Positions 8,701-17,072 of a stretch of 64,000 bases of DNA are shown one piece after another. The DNA lies in the IMG/VR virus record IMGVR_UViG_3300021559_000316; one strand, 5' to 3'. The notes beneath the pieces are model-generated. The model did no database searches. It saw only the letters and a program-made list of their open reading frames with translations, and was not told the origin of the DNA. Position numbers and translations under genes: made by a program. Numbering within the stretch: the stretch's first letter is position 1; each line of letters opens with the position of its first letter. This DNA is from an uncultured virus (IMG/VR IMGVR_UViG_3300021559_000316) (taxonomy: Duplodnaviria > Heunggongvirae > Uroviricota > Caudoviricetes).

Positions 8701-9908
8701 CGCAGAAACGCCGTAAGAACGACAGCGAGGTGCTCAACGACCGCTACAGCCAGCGGCTCGACGAGATCAAGTACGACACGAAGTGGAAGTGGAAGATCGG
8801 CGCTGGCAAGCACATCGCCGCGTTGCTTCAAGCGCTCGGTGTTCAGCTCCACCAGGTCACCGCCACCGGGCAGATCTCGACGAAGAAGGACGTTCTCGAA
8901 TCGCTCGTCAACGTCCCGGTCATCCGCGACATTCTAACATTCCGCGAGAACGACAAGTTGTTGACCACATTCGTGTGGCAGCTGTTCGACCGCGAGGACT
9001 CGTCGGGCAACACGATCCAGTACGGCTACGCCGACGAGAACGATCGCGTGCACCCGATCTGGGTCGTGCACAAGATCACCGGCCGCTGGGCAAGCAGCGA
9101 GCCGGTCGTCTCGAACGTGCCGAAGGAGAAGTTCAAGAAGCTCGCCGACGGGACCAAGCAGAGCATCCGGCCCAACCTCCGCCGGCAGATCGTTGCTCCG
9201 CCCGGCCGTATCTTCGTCGGCTTCGACTTCGGCCAGCTCGAAGCGCGGGTGATCGCGCTCATCTCGGGCGATCCGTTCTTGTGTCAGGTGTTCGCCGACG
9301 GGCGCGACATCCACACCGAGTGCGCTCGCGTGGTGTTCACCGGCTTCGACAAGCTTGAGAAGTACGAGCAGAAGCAGGCGCGCGACGTGACGAAAAATTT
9401 TGAGTATGGCTGTTTCTACGGCGGCTCTACGGAGACCTTGTGGAAGACGGTGCTCAAGGCCGGGCACAACATCAAGCAGGTCGATGTTGCCAAGGCGGTC
9501 GCTCTCCTCATGCAGCGTATGCCCGGCGTCGTCGCGTGGCAGCGAAGCAGCGTCGCCGAGGCGTGCCAGCCGCCGTATGAGATCCGCGACTTCCTCTACG
9601 GTCGGCGCCGCACGTTCCCGCTCGGTCAGGTGGAAGCCACCGAAGCGATGAACTTCGGCGTCCAAGCGGCCGGCGCGTCGATCATGAACACCGGCATGGC
9701 GCGAATGGACGACGTACTCCCCGAGTACAAAGAGGCATTCGCGATCGCGCAGATTCACGACGCGGCCGTGTTCGAATGCTGGGAAGACGACGCACCGAAG
9801 CTTGCCGAGGATGTCACGCGCTGCTTCACGCAGAGCTACGAGCGCGACGGCCGGACGATTCCCTTCCCAATTGATGCAAAGATCGGGAAGAGCTGGGCTG
9901 ATGTCTAG
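5790..9908 (+). CDS. polA: family A DNA polymerase with N-terminal family-4 UDG domain, 3'-5' exonuclease and intein
   Basis: UDG: CNEC, LVGEGPG, PWVGPSG, HPAALLR. Exo: DLETY, HNGIYD, YNAKD. Pol: motif A DFGQLEAR, B KNFEYGCFYG, C IHDA. Confidence 0.95.
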   Translation: MVAAASVSLPLLRGTTEGAKCNECPFSIGGRAARPVCSEHPAEPAWILVGEGPGSTEVVLNRPWVGPSGEVVNKLLAKIGRDRREIFVGNATLCQPPRGSPDHMRDLAAKACKPRLDQELAQWPGVPVLTLGAVAARALIPQETLDAIDPPTVPKSKKRSQKERQRAEARTLAREVRGRVKAIEQIAKRRLKDKIKTRREQLVVSCTTPLPGTPYRNRKRPTVRQLDQMIEDAREIPKMKLLADREAITEYELGDKEREMAAQYAAAHPKPKKPPKPRKVKITDIMGTCFDVDVDGTGVLRPLIPALHPAALLRGGGATIGGTHTPDLAFVNLIYDAGKVNALAQGHDIRLKVNIETEVVDEERTGQLLRDIIYEGIAEGMVAIDLETYVDDPERHHALMAYVARIKAIGLATSQRSVSILWSKTPAWAQTLLAIVLAHRDVTKTFHNGIYDRTVLTANGFLIDGPWEDTLLAHHAAFPGLAHRLQVVTSQFFATAPWKCLRRDVEILLPDRSTVNIRDFVRRRLPEVLSLEDGKIVPKRVVGWHEVHVPGQEWLSIRTERCDKKYTRGLVVTPDHRVMTQRGLVEADRLVPGDGIAIDEPKFSEDQISAAVGTLLGDSSLYVSRVFHKRPWDAPRASIRGGHTNKGLRDCKVAALPLGTVCGTEPAVVRQSADVTINAAEFFHYGTKWAFQYMEIAKLVYDESWRRRIKPEALSMLGRRGLAMMYMDDGTLRQDGAYIGVGFATNGFLDEDVELFTQWIRERYGAATIYRSAGPYCQLSAAASRNMLEDLRGYIHPSSRYKTIYDDAYREVQDGAGVYHAKITSVDVVARNEKRPALFDYRYCLSVEDTKLFFTNYGLVSNSEFRNAEETPEGLTVYNAKDTGATHALLPQLQFWVKKTKTEKIYALDKKMAEIASKMHLAGMPVSREINSELLKTFSKNVADSRRAVEHVAEDLKLHEKLLHYLALQQAQKRRKNDSEVLNDRYSQRLDEIKYDTKWKWKIGAGKHIAALLQALGVQLHQVTATGQISTKKDVLESLVNVPVIRDILTFRENDKLLTTFVWQLFDREDSSGNTIQYGYADENDRVHPIWVVHKITGRWASSEPVVSNVPKEKFKKLADGTKQSIRPNLRRQIVAPPGRIFVGFDFGQLEARVIALISGDPFLCQVFADGRDIHTECARVVFTGFDKLEKYEQKQARDVTKNFEYGCFYGGSTETLWKTVLKAGHNIKQVDVAKAVALLMQRMPGVVAWQRSSVAEACQPPYEIRDFLYGRRRTFPLGQVEATEAMNFGVQAAGASIMNTGMARMDDVLPEYKEAFAIAQIHDAAVFECWEDDAPKLAEDVTRCFTQSYERDGRTIPFPIDAKIGKSWADV
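7287..8375 (+). mobile_element. class 1 intein with LAGLIDADG homing endonuclease (363 aa) in the PolA exonuclease domain
   Basis: Begins CLRRD after PWK; block B TPDHRV; GTLLGDSS and MYMDDGT; ends GLVSN before Ser(+1); codon usage visibly more AT-rich. Confidence 0.9.
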
Positions 9909-10681
9909 GCGAGCTGCTGGATGACGAGCTTCTGCGCGTAGGCGTGCGTCAGGTTGCCGTCGGCCGGCGTGATCGTGAGCGCGGTCGCGTTGCCGGCCGG
10001 GTTGATCACCGCGAGCGTTTGGGCGGGGCCCGCCGGCACGGAGACGATCGCATCGACGACGATCGGATGGCCACCCGAGGTCGGGTTCGCGTTGCCGAAG
10101 CAGCTGTTGTCGACGGACGCGCCGTTCAGCTCCAGCTCCAGCTGTCCGGGCTCCGTGGTGTGCACGGTCGCCGTCACGCGGTAGACGCCGGGCAGGAGGG
10201 TGAACGACGAGTTGTCGACCCGAACGCCGGCTCCCGTGTTGGGCCCGGTGCGCGGGAACGGCACGCGGCCGGTTCCGGCCGATGTCTTGACCGCGACCGT
10301 CGCCGCGTAGTCGTTGCCCGACGAGCCGGTGCCCGTCGTGGTGCCGAAGAACATGCTGTACAGGAGCGCGGCGGCCCCCGAATCGACGTCGGTACCATCG
10401 ATGAACGGCTGAGGGTTCAGCACGATGTTTTGTGCGCCGCCGAACTCTCTTTCGATCGTGTGCCAGGACTCGACGAGCACGGACACGTTGAGCGGAAGGA
10501 GCGTCGTGTTCGTCACCGTGACGTTGGTGCCGTCTGCGGCGACGGTGATGCCCTTCGGGTTGGGGCAGATGAAGTCTGGGACCAGCGGAACACCTGCCTC
10601 GTTCAGCAAGTGCGGCTGCGAAACGGTGCCGCCTGCCGGGACTGCCGTGAAGTTCAGGATGTTCTTCAGCTGATTCGCCAT
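9905..10681 (-). CDS. putative virion spike/surface protein with BclA-C (C1q/TNF-like) domain
   Basis: Beta-rich T/G/N/V composition; C-terminal FTLLPGVYRV...GQLELELNG...LVIQQLA resembles BclA C-terminal domains. Confidence 0.6.
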   Translation of the reverse strand: MANQLKNILNFTAVPAGGTVSQPHLLNEAGVPLVPDFICPNPKGITVAADGTNVTVTNTTLLPLNVSVLVESWHTIEREFGGAQNIVLNPQPFIDGTDVDSGAAALLYSMFFGTTTGTGSSGNDYAATVAVKTSAGTGRVPFPRTGPNTGAGVRVDNSSFTLLPGVYRVTATVHTTEPGQLELELNGASVDNSCFGNANPTSGGHPIVVDAIVSVPAGPAQTLAVINPAGNATALTITPADGNLTHAYAQKLVIQQLA

Positions 10682-10758
10682 GCCCTGACGCTATCTCAGC
10701 TTCCGCCGTGCTTCAACATCTCGATGCCGGACCCGACGTGTACGGTCATTTTCTGTCG

Positions 10759-11169
10759 ATGATCCCAACACGCGAGCGCTTGCCGTCCGAGCGTAAGTCG
10801 ATCACGCGAACGTTCCGGCTCGCGTACAAGCACTCCGACGGTCGGCCCGACATGATGCGGTTCTACTTCACGGCGGGCTGCTACGACGACGGCCGCGTCG
10901 GCGAGGTGTTCGTCAAGGCCGACAAGATCGGAACGCTCGCCTCGGGCGCGCTCGACGCCGTCTGCATCATGATGTCGATGCTGCTCCAGCACGGCGTGCC
11001 GCTCGCCGAGATCCTGCCGAAGCTGCGCCACACCCGTTTCGACCCGTCTGGCTTCACCAAGGATCCTGACATTCCAAGCTGCTCGTCGGCGCTCGATTTG
11101 CTGGCTGCTTGGCTAGCTAAGAAGTTCTTGCCAGATCCGATGGCCGTGAAAGGTCAGGACGCCTCGTGA
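10759..11169 (+). CDS. stand-alone TSCPD-type domain (C-terminal part of class II ribonucleotide reductase NrdJ)
   Basis: RERLPSERKSIT...GEVFV...SMLLQHGVPL...RFDPSG...SSALD; start taken at the internal ATG. Confidence 0.85.
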   Translation: MIPTRERLPSERKSITRTFRLAYKHSDGRPDMMRFYFTAGCYDDGRVGEVFVKADKIGTLASGALDAVCIMMSMLLQHGVPLAEILPKLRHTRFDPSGFTKDPDIPSCSSALDLLAAWLAKKFLPDPMAVKGQDAS

Positions 11170-11648
11170 CGCGCAGAGGACATCGTACTTCGCCAGAAGA
11201 ACTGTTCTGCGCGAAGATCGTGATCGCACCAAACGGGTGCCATCTGTGGACGGCTGGCCGCACACTAGATGGGTACGGCAAATTCAGCATCACGCTCGAC
11301 GAGCGAAAGCCGTCTGGTCAGCTGAAGCAGAAGGTCGTTCGTGCGCATCGCTACGCGTTCTTCTTGAAGCACGGCCGTTGGCCAAACGAGAACGCGCTAC
11401 ATACGTGTGATGAGCCCCTGTGCGTGAACGCTGATCATCTAGAAGACGGCGATCAGAGCAAGAACGTCACCGATTGTGCTCTACGTGGGCGCCACGGCAA
11501 CAAACAAGCGACGCCGGAACTAGTGCGTGAGTGGCGCAATCGTGTGGCTGACGGGGAGCGGATCATCGACATCGTTCGCACTGCGAACGTCGCCTACCAC
11601 GTCGTCCGTCATGCGGTTCGTGGGCAGACTTGGAAGGCCGTTACATGA
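11166..11648 (+). CDS. HNH (His-Me finger) homing endonuclease
   Basis: GCHLWT, GYGKF, RAHRYA, LHTCDEPLCVNADHL, C-terminal HTH-like tail; lower GC. Confidence 0.9.
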   Translation: MTRRGHRTSPEELFCAKIVIAPNGCHLWTAGRTLDGYGKFSITLDERKPSGQLKQKVVRAHRYAFFLKHGRWPNENALHTCDEPLCVNADHLEDGDQSKNVTDCALRGRHGNKQATPELVREWRNRVADGERIIDIVRTANVAYHVVRHAVRGQTWKAVT

Positions 11649-12268
11649 GCGCCTTCTCCGTCGTGGTTGCTGATCCACCGTGGTCGTTCAACGACAAGCT
11701 TCCCGGTGAAGGCCGTGGCGCGGAGAAGCACTACCGCGTGATGACCATCGACGAGATCTGTGCGATGGCCATTCTTCCTGCACATCGCAGTGATCGCTTG
11801 ATGCTGTCGCTCTGCGGTCAGAGCGTACCGATCGCCGACGACGCCATCTTGTTCTTGTGGCGCGTTGCTTCACAGGTCGAAGAAGCGTGTCACGTCGTGC
11901 GAGCATGGGGCTTCACAGCGAAGAGCGAGATCGTCTGGAAGAAGCTGACGAAGTATGGCAAGCGCGCGTTCGGGATGGGTCGAACCGTTCGTATGGAACA
12001 CGAGATCTGCATGATCGCGACACGTGGTCGACCAACGATCAAGGTTAGGAACGTGCGTTCCGTGTTCGAGGCTCCGCTGGGCCGGCACTCGGAGAAGCCA
12101 CAAGCGTTCTACGAGATCGTAGAACAGCTTGTAGACGGCCCCTACCTGGAGCTGTTCGCTCGCCACGTGCGACCTGGTTGGGCCGTCTTGGGCGACGAGA
12201 TCGACGAGCGCGCGATCAACTCGAAGGCCGATCGTCGCGGCGACGTCGACGAGGTCATCATCACGTGA
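11645..12268 (+). CDS. MT-A70 family N6-adenine methyltransferase
   Basis: VVADPPW, LFLW, WGF, HEICMIATRG, HSEKP, YLELFAR, WAVLGDE. Confidence 0.9.
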   Translation: MSAFSVVVADPPWSFNDKLPGEGRGAEKHYRVMTIDEICAMAILPAHRSDRLMLSLCGQSVPIADDAILFLWRVASQVEEACHVVRAWGFTAKSEIVWKKLTKYGKRAFGMGRTVRMEHEICMIATRGRPTIKVRNVRSVFEAPLGRHSEKPQAFYEIVEQLVDGPYLELFARHVRPGWAVLGDEIDERAINSKADRRGDVDEVIIT

Positions 12269-12570
12269 GCGTTTACGTCGATAGCTCCATCTACGGCTAC
12301 GGCCGCATGGTGATGTGCCACATGATCGCGGACACGCCCGACGAGCTGCATGCGATGGCCGATCGCATCGGCGTCGCGCGACGCTGGTATCAGCAACCGC
12401 CCAAGGCCAGCTTCTGGCACTACGACATCGCGAAGAGCAAGCGTGCGCTCGCGGTCGCGGCCGGTGCGATCGAGTGTGGTCGCAACGAGTTCGTGGTCGC
12501 GCTTCGTCGCATTCGTGAGTCCGGCACGTACCCGAAGGCTGCGTGGCGGGCCGTCATGCGAGACGCTTGA
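12265..12570 (+). CDS. DUF4031 family protein
   Basis: VYVD...CHMIADTPDELHAMADRIG...HYDI...RALAVAAGA; GTGA coupling. Confidence 0.85.
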   Translation: MSVYVDSSIYGYGRMVMCHMIADTPDELHAMADRIGVARRWYQQPPKASFWHYDIAKSKRALAVAAGAIECGRNEFVVALRRIRESGTYPKAAWRAVMRDA

Positions 12571-12595
12571 CGGACCGTAGCTGTAAGATTAGTCC

Positions 12596-12760
12596 ATGCC
12601 CTACGTCCTGATCATCGCGCTCGTTGGTGGCCTCCTCATGTACCTCCTGTGCTCGAACGCCAAGGCGGCCGAGATCGGTCGCATGCTGTTCTTCGCGGCG
12701 ATCCTGGGCTTGCTGATCGCGCTCGCACCGAGCACGGTGCGCATGCTCCACGGCGGCTAA
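12596..12760 (+). CDS. 54-aa two-TM membrane protein (holin-like or virion membrane protein)
   Basis: MPYVLIIALVGGLLMYLLCSNAKAAEIGRMLFFAAILGLLIALAP...; TAAGAT-N6-ATG promoter. Confidence 0.7.
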   Translation: MPYVLIIALVGGLLMYLLCSNAKAAEIGRMLFFAAILGLLIALAPSTVRMLHGG

Positions 12761-12793
12761 CTAGGATCTAGTTAGATCCGGTACGCTGTAGCC

Positions 12794-13312
12794 GTGCTCG
12801 TCAGCGATCGGCTGAACAAGATCCCGGCGCGGCTCGTGTTCACGACCGGGCTCGATCCGTTCCAGCTGCTCATCAACTTCACGACGAAGTGCCCGGCGTC
12901 GCACGCAGCGATCGGCATCGACGATCATCTGCTGCACGCGTACGAGGACGGCGTGCTGTTCGAGCCGCGCGACAAGTGGCTCGGCGAGCGCAAGCAGAAG
13001 CTCATCGCCGAGTTTCAGATCCTGCCCGACGTCACCGACGGGATCCACGCCGCGATGGGGCACGTCGGCAAGAAGTACGACGTCGCGCACGTGTTCAAGA
13101 TCGGCCTGCTGCGCCTGCTCAAGCCGGCCTTGTGGTCGCTTGGTCCCGATGCGCCGGACAAGTTCACGTGCGCTCGGTTCGTGACGATGATCGATCCGTA
13201 CGGCGACGCGATCCCCGAGTGGCGGGACATCTGGCGCGAGGCGATCGTGCCCGCTGATCTCCTCGACGTGGCGATGACGGGTGGAAGCTTTTTTCGTCTC
13301 TACCCGACGTGA
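12794..13312 (+). CDS. permuted papain-like (NlpC/P60, YiiX/YebB-type) hydrolase
   Basis: SHAAI (His), VGKKYD, FTCARFV (Cys), IVPADL; His precedes Cys. Confidence 0.8.
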   Translation: MLVSDRLNKIPARLVFTTGLDPFQLLINFTTKCPASHAAIGIDDHLLHAYEDGVLFEPRDKWLGERKQKLIAEFQILPDVTDGIHAAMGHVGKKYDVAHVFKIGLLRLLKPALWSLGPDAPDKFTCARFVTMIDPYGDAIPEWRDIWREAIVPADLLDVAMTGGSFFRLYPT

Positions 13313-13349
13313 GTTGACGATGGCCCATTTCTTGTGGGAATCTCCTTCC

Positions 13350-13463
13350 ATGGCAAGACGCAAGAGTTTGAAGTCGAAGCGCGCCGGCAAGCACTGCAAG
13401 CACGGGTTCCGCAAGGGCTCGGCGAAGTGCCTCAAGCGCGCTCGTCGCCGCCGCCGACGCTAG
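13350..13463 (+). CDS. 37-aa protamine-like basic protein
   Basis: MARRKSLKSKRAGKHCKHGFRKGSAKCLKRARRRRRR; TTGACG-N18-GAATCT-N6-ATG upstream. Confidence 0.7.
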   Translation: MARRKSLKSKRAGKHCKHGFRKGSAKCLKRARRRRRR

Positions 13464-13547
13464 CCAGCGTTCGCTGATGCGTGTGGCGCGCTCCGTCAGA
13501 CGTAGTGCCCTCACGGCTAGCGGAGGCACTACAATGAAGGAGCGGCG

Positions 13548-13868
13548 ATGCATCAGGTAACGCAGTGGCAGCAGACGGGGGTGTACGACCCGTACAACCC
13601 GAACCAGATCATCCGGGAGCCGAACAACATCGGCATCCCGGGTGGTGCGTACGGGTCGTTCTACTTCAACAAGGTCCCGACGACCGTCACCCAGGTGCTC
13701 GGTGGGCTCCGCGGCTCGATGTCGGGCCTGCCGGTGTTCCTGCAGGTCGGCATCGTCGGGAGCCTCGCGGCGGTCGCCGGATACTACTCCTGGCGATTTT
13801 TGGGCCCCAAGCTCGGCGTCAAGGGCATGTCCGGGCTCGGCGGTCGCCGTCGTCGTCGGCGGCGCTGA
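13548..13868 (+). CDS. single-TM protein with MSGLGG-R7 tail
   Basis: SD GAAGGAG; hydrophobic LPVFLQVGIVGSLAAVAGYYSW; ends GMSGLGGRRRRRRR. Confidence 0.8.
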   Translation: MHQVTQWQQTGVYDPYNPNQIIREPNNIGIPGGAYGSFYFNKVPTTVTQVLGGLRGSMSGLPVFLQVGIVGSLAAVAGYYSWRFLGPKLGVKGMSGLGGRRRRRRR

Positions 13869-14185
13869 TGGCTGGTCCAGCACGAAGGTATCGACGCCGT
13901 TCGCCGGGTGACGACCGCGCAGCGAGCCCATCGGCAGCCAACGTCGAAGCTGCGACGAGGCTCGGTTGTCGAGACGCGGTCAAAGGCCGTAAGAATCCTC
14001 ACAAGCCTGAAGCGCGCGGGTTCGTCTCCGCGTACCGCGAGGGCTATCGGATCTGCGAGGCGATCTATACCGGCCGCGAGCGCTTCCTCAAGTCCGACGA
14101 GAAGCGCGTGATGCACAAGCTCAAGCTCGAAACCGAAGTACAGCACGTGCCGCTTTCTGGTACGCGCCGCCGAAGGCGTCGTTAG
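13868..14185 (+). CDS. basic protein with LSGT-R6 tail
   Basis: TGATG coupling; MAGPARRYRRR...HVPLSGTRRRRRR. Confidence 0.7.
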   Translation: MAGPARRYRRRSPGDDRAASPSAANVEAATRLGCRDAVKGRKNPHKPEARGFVSAYREGYRICEAIYTGRERFLKSDEKRVMHKLKLETEVQHVPLSGTRRRRRR

Positions 14186-14188
14186 ATC

Positions 14189-14527
14189 ATGGCCAAGCGC
14201 ATCGACGATAGCCACCACGCGTTCAAGCGCGGCGCTCGGCTCGGCCCCGGGCCGAGGAAGCGCCAGCTCTACGAGGAGCGCAACTGGGAGTGCACGAAGG
14301 GCAAGAACACGAGCACCGAGTACGTGCAGATCTGCCGCTACGTCGGCGACGATCGCACGAAGCGCGGCAAGCGCGTCAAGATCAAGCGCAAGAAGTCGGC
14401 GAAGAAGGCGTACAACAAGATCTACCGCGCGTGGCAGAAGCGAAACGCTCGCGTGCAAGCGTTCCAGTCGCGCCCGCGGAAGTCGGGCTACCGCTGCCGC
14501 AAGACTCCCGTCGCGAAGTGCAAGTAG
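14189..14527 (+). CDS. highly basic Lys/Arg/Cys protein (putative DNA-condensing core protein)
   Basis: Very K/R-rich with four Cys; good codon usage. Confidence 0.75.
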   Translation: MAKRIDDSHHAFKRGARLGPGPRKRQLYEERNWECTKGKNTSTEYVQICRYVGDDRTKRGKRVKIKRKKSAKKAYNKIYRAWQKRNARVQAFQSRPRKSGYRCRKTPVAKCK

Positions 14528-14540
14528 AGGAGGATCGCTA

Positions 14541-14813
14541 ATGCCCGCACTCATGACGCTTCAGGGGCCGAATCTCGGCAACCTCGGTTGGATGGAGCGC
14601 ACCAACGTGACGCCGCCGCTCTCCGGTGCTGGCGGATCGATCCTGCTCTCGCCGATCGTCATCCTCCTCATCGGCGGTGTCGTCGGCGGCGTGCTCGCGC
14701 AGAAGAACGTGCACCCGTTCCGCGCGCTGCGCAGCAAGGCCGCCAGCATCCGGGGCCACCAGCGCATGCAGCAGTCGCGCACCAAAGCGCTATCGGGGCG
14801 TCGCCGACGGTAG
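14541..14813 (+). CDS. single-TM protein with LSG-R4 tail
   Basis: SD GAGGAGG; LSGAGG before TM ILLSPIVILLIGGVVGGVLA; ends ALSGRRRR. Confidence 0.8.
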   Translation: MPALMTLQGPNLGNLGWMERTNVTPPLSGAGGSILLSPIVILLIGGVVGGVLAQKNVHPFRALRSKAASIRGHQRMQQSRTKALSGRRRR

Positions 14814-14834
14814 CCGTGATAGGCTGAAGCGGCG

Positions 14835-16289
14835 ATGTTACTCGCGGGCAATCCGGTCGCCGGCTTCGGTGTGTTCCGAAGCTTTCCGGGACAGGGTGCC
14901 GTCGCGACAACGCCGGGGCAGCTCGTCGCCTCGCCGCCCGACGTCGTGTTCGCTGGTGGCTACCAGGTAGGTCCGTTCGTCCTACCGACGCTGCCGTACG
15001 AGGACTACGACCCGGGGACCGGCGCGCCGACGGCGGGAAGCACGTTCGAAGACGGCACGCTCGACGCGATCGCCGCATGCTCGACGAACCAGCCGGCCGG
15101 GAGCGTGGCGTTCAAAGGCTCGGGGCTGGTGATGACCATCACCGACCCGTCGCAGATCTCGCAGGCGCTGCGCGATCAGATCGCCAAGGTAATCTTCGAT
15201 CCGCAGCTCGTGCATCCAGCGGCGGTCGCTCGCGGGCAGAACTTCTTCGGCAACTACTGGTTCAACGATTCGATGGGGACGCCGGACCCGTGGTGGAAGG
15301 ATCGCGGCCGGTTCTCGAACGAGCCCGGCTACGACATGACCAAGCCGGCGTGGTGGAACCAGCCGAAGCTTCAGCAGAGCTACCGCGACTGGATCACCGC
15401 GCTCGGGATCGGGCCCGACGAGAACTACAACCTCTCGATGATCTCGATCGCCGCGTCCGGCGTCGAGCCGTGGAACACGTACGGCCCGATCATGGGCGGT
15501 ATCCCGGTTGCGCAGTATCGCGGCCCACTCCTGCAGGTCCCGGGCGCTCCAAATGTCGTCCCGGGCGCTCCAAATGTCCCGGTCGGCGCGACCGCCGCCG
15601 ATCGCGGGCTCTCGATCTGGGATCCGTCGAACTGGACGGCGACCGACAACCCCGACGTGTGGGATCCCAACGATCCGACGCGGCCGTGGATGGAGTGGTC
15701 GATCTTTCTGCAGCTCCGCGCGTGGGGCAACAAGTACGACTACGAGAAGGTCGGCGGCGGCGTGCTCAGCTGCAGCTCGCAGTGCGTTCCTGTCCCGTAC
15801 ACGCCGGTCGACAGCTACTTCGTGCTCGACGTCTACTTCGTCCCGACGAGGAACTGGACGAACTTCGGCAAGAACTCGGGCTGCTTCGATCCGTTCGCGC
15901 TCCTGCCGAAGCTCCTCCTGGGAGAGATCAGCTGGGTGTTCGGCGCGCTGACGCAGCTCGTCTGCGACATCCTCACCAACCCCGCCGCGCTCGCCGCGCT
16001 CGCGGTGACGACCGCGGCGCAGACCGCACCGCCGTCGCAGAAGGGCAAGCCAACGCAGCCGCAGGTCGCTGCGGCGTCCGCACAGCTCCTCGCGCAAGCC
16101 GCCAAGCAGTGCACGATCACGTGCCCCGACGGCACGACGAAGGCGGCGACACAGGCGCAGTGTCCGACGTTGCTTCCCGTGCCGACCGTCGGCACGACCG
16201 GGATTCCGTGGAGCGTCGTGATCGTGGGCGCGCTCGCGCTCGCGGCGGCACTGCTGCTCAGCTCACCTCGACCGAAAGAAGCAACCTGA
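14835..16289 (+). CDS. large C-terminally membrane-anchored protein (putative virion or surface protein)
   Basis: Pro/Gly/Trp-rich body, TCPDG module, C-terminal TM WSVVIVGALALAAALLL. Confidence 0.8.
   Translation: MLLAGNPVAGFGVFRSFPGQGAVATTPGQLVASPPDVVFAGGYQVGPFVLPTLPYEDYDPGTGAPTAGSTFEDGTLDAIAACSTNQPAGSVAFKGSGLVMTITDPSQISQALRDQIAKVIFDPQLVHPAAVARGQNFFGNYWFNDSMGTPDPWWKDRGRFSNEPGYDMTKPAWWNQPKLQQSYRDWITALGIGPDENYNLSMISIAASGVEPWNTYGPIMGGIPVAQYRGPLLQVPGAPNVVPGAPNVPVGATAADRGLSIWDPSNWTATDNPDVWDPNDPTRPWMEWSIFLQLRAWGNKYDYEKVGGGVLSCSSQCVPVPYTPVDSYFVLDVYFVPTRNWTNFGKNSGCFDPFALLPKLLLGEISWVFGALTQLVCDILTNPAALAALAVTTAAQTAPPSQKGKPTQPQVAAASAQLLAQAAKQCTITCPDGTTKAATQAQCPTLLPVPTVGTTGIPWSVVIVGALALAAALLLSSPRPKEAT
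15537..15578 (+). repeat. perfect 21-bp tandem duplication (VPGAPNV x2)
   Basis: GTCCCGGGCGCTCCAAATGTC twice, in frame. Confidence 0.9.
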
Positions 16290-16657
16290 TGGCGATCGGA
16301 CCAGATCGATTTATCGTGCTCGGCCGCAAGGGCAAGCGGCGCACGTTCACCAACTGGGAAGACGCCGTCGCCGTCGCCAAGAAGTGTTCGCGCACCAAGC
16401 GCGGCACGATCTGCCGCGTGCTCCACGGCTATCCCGGCAACGAGGTTGCGGTCCTCGAATGCAAGCAGAACCGCTGCGGCGCGCCGCACCCGAAGTCGCC
16501 GCGTGGGCTGCACGGCCGCAAGAAGCGCCGCCGCGGCCTCGGCAACGGCAAGTACGAGCCGCCTCCGAGCTGGCACGAACGCAAGGGCCCACCGCCCGGC
16601 GTGCCGATCATTCCTTCGAACCTGAAGGGTCGGAAGAGCCGGAAGCGGCGCCGGTAG
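16289..16657 (+). CDS. basic Cys-containing protein with LxG-basic tails
   Basis: TGATG coupling; GLHGRKKRRRGLG and terminal NLKGRKSRKRRR. Confidence 0.75.
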   Translation: MAIGPDRFIVLGRKGKRRTFTNWEDAVAVAKKCSRTKRGTICRVLHGYPGNEVAVLECKQNRCGAPHPKSPRGLHGRKKRRRGLGNGKYEPPPSWHERKGPPPGVPIIPSNLKGRKSRKRRR

Positions 16658-16670
16658 AAAGGACACGACG

Positions 16671-17072
16671 ATGCTAGCTCTCGGTCATGGTCACGGCGGC
16701 GGTGGTCACCACGGAGGTGGCGGTCATCATCACGGTGGTGGCGGTCGCGGTTGGTGGGCTCCCGACGTCTACGTCGTGCAGACCGACTGCTGCGGCACCG
16801 TCGCGCAGAATCCCGTGATCGCGTCCGACGGGCAGATCTACTGCAACGCCGCGTGCGTTCCAGCCGGTCTCACCGTCGTCGGCGCCGCCGGCCTTCACGG
16901 GCTCGCCGGCTCGTTCATGCCGTCACTGCCGACGATCTTGGGCGTCGCCGCCGTCGCGCTCGTCGGGTTCTGGGGCTACCGCAAGCTCCGTCCGAAGAAG
17001 CGCGTCCTCGGTGCGCCGCCGCTCTGTGACGATCCGAAGTTCGCGAAGAAGCACCCGCGCGCTTGTCGCTAG
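16671..17072 (+). CDS. Gly/His-rich single-TM protein with a Kazal-like Cys motif
   Basis: SD GAAAGGA; GHGHGGGGHH, CC...PVIASDGQIYCNAAC, TM ILGVAAVALVGFWGY then basic tail. Confidence 0.75.
   Translation: MLALGHGHGGGGHHGGGGHHHGGGGRGWWAPDVYVVQTDCCGTVAQNPVIASDGQIYCNAACVPAGLTVVGAAGLHGLAGSFMPSLPTILGVAAVALVGFWGYRKLRPKKRVLGAPPLCDDPKFAKKHPRACR

Noticed and set aside
13502..13532. GTAGTGCC...GGCACTAC inverted repeat as an ncRNA or terminator
   Set aside because: Short stem, long loop and no U-tract; could be regulatory but is not supportable
15077..16288. 526-aa ORF 15077..16657
   Set aside because: The first ~400 codons are an off-frame shadow of 14835..16289; only 16289..16657 looks coding
16683..16750. 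GGT/GGC/CAC-rich low-complexity tract as a DNA repeat element
   Set aside because: Explained by the Gly/His-rich N-terminus of 16671..17072
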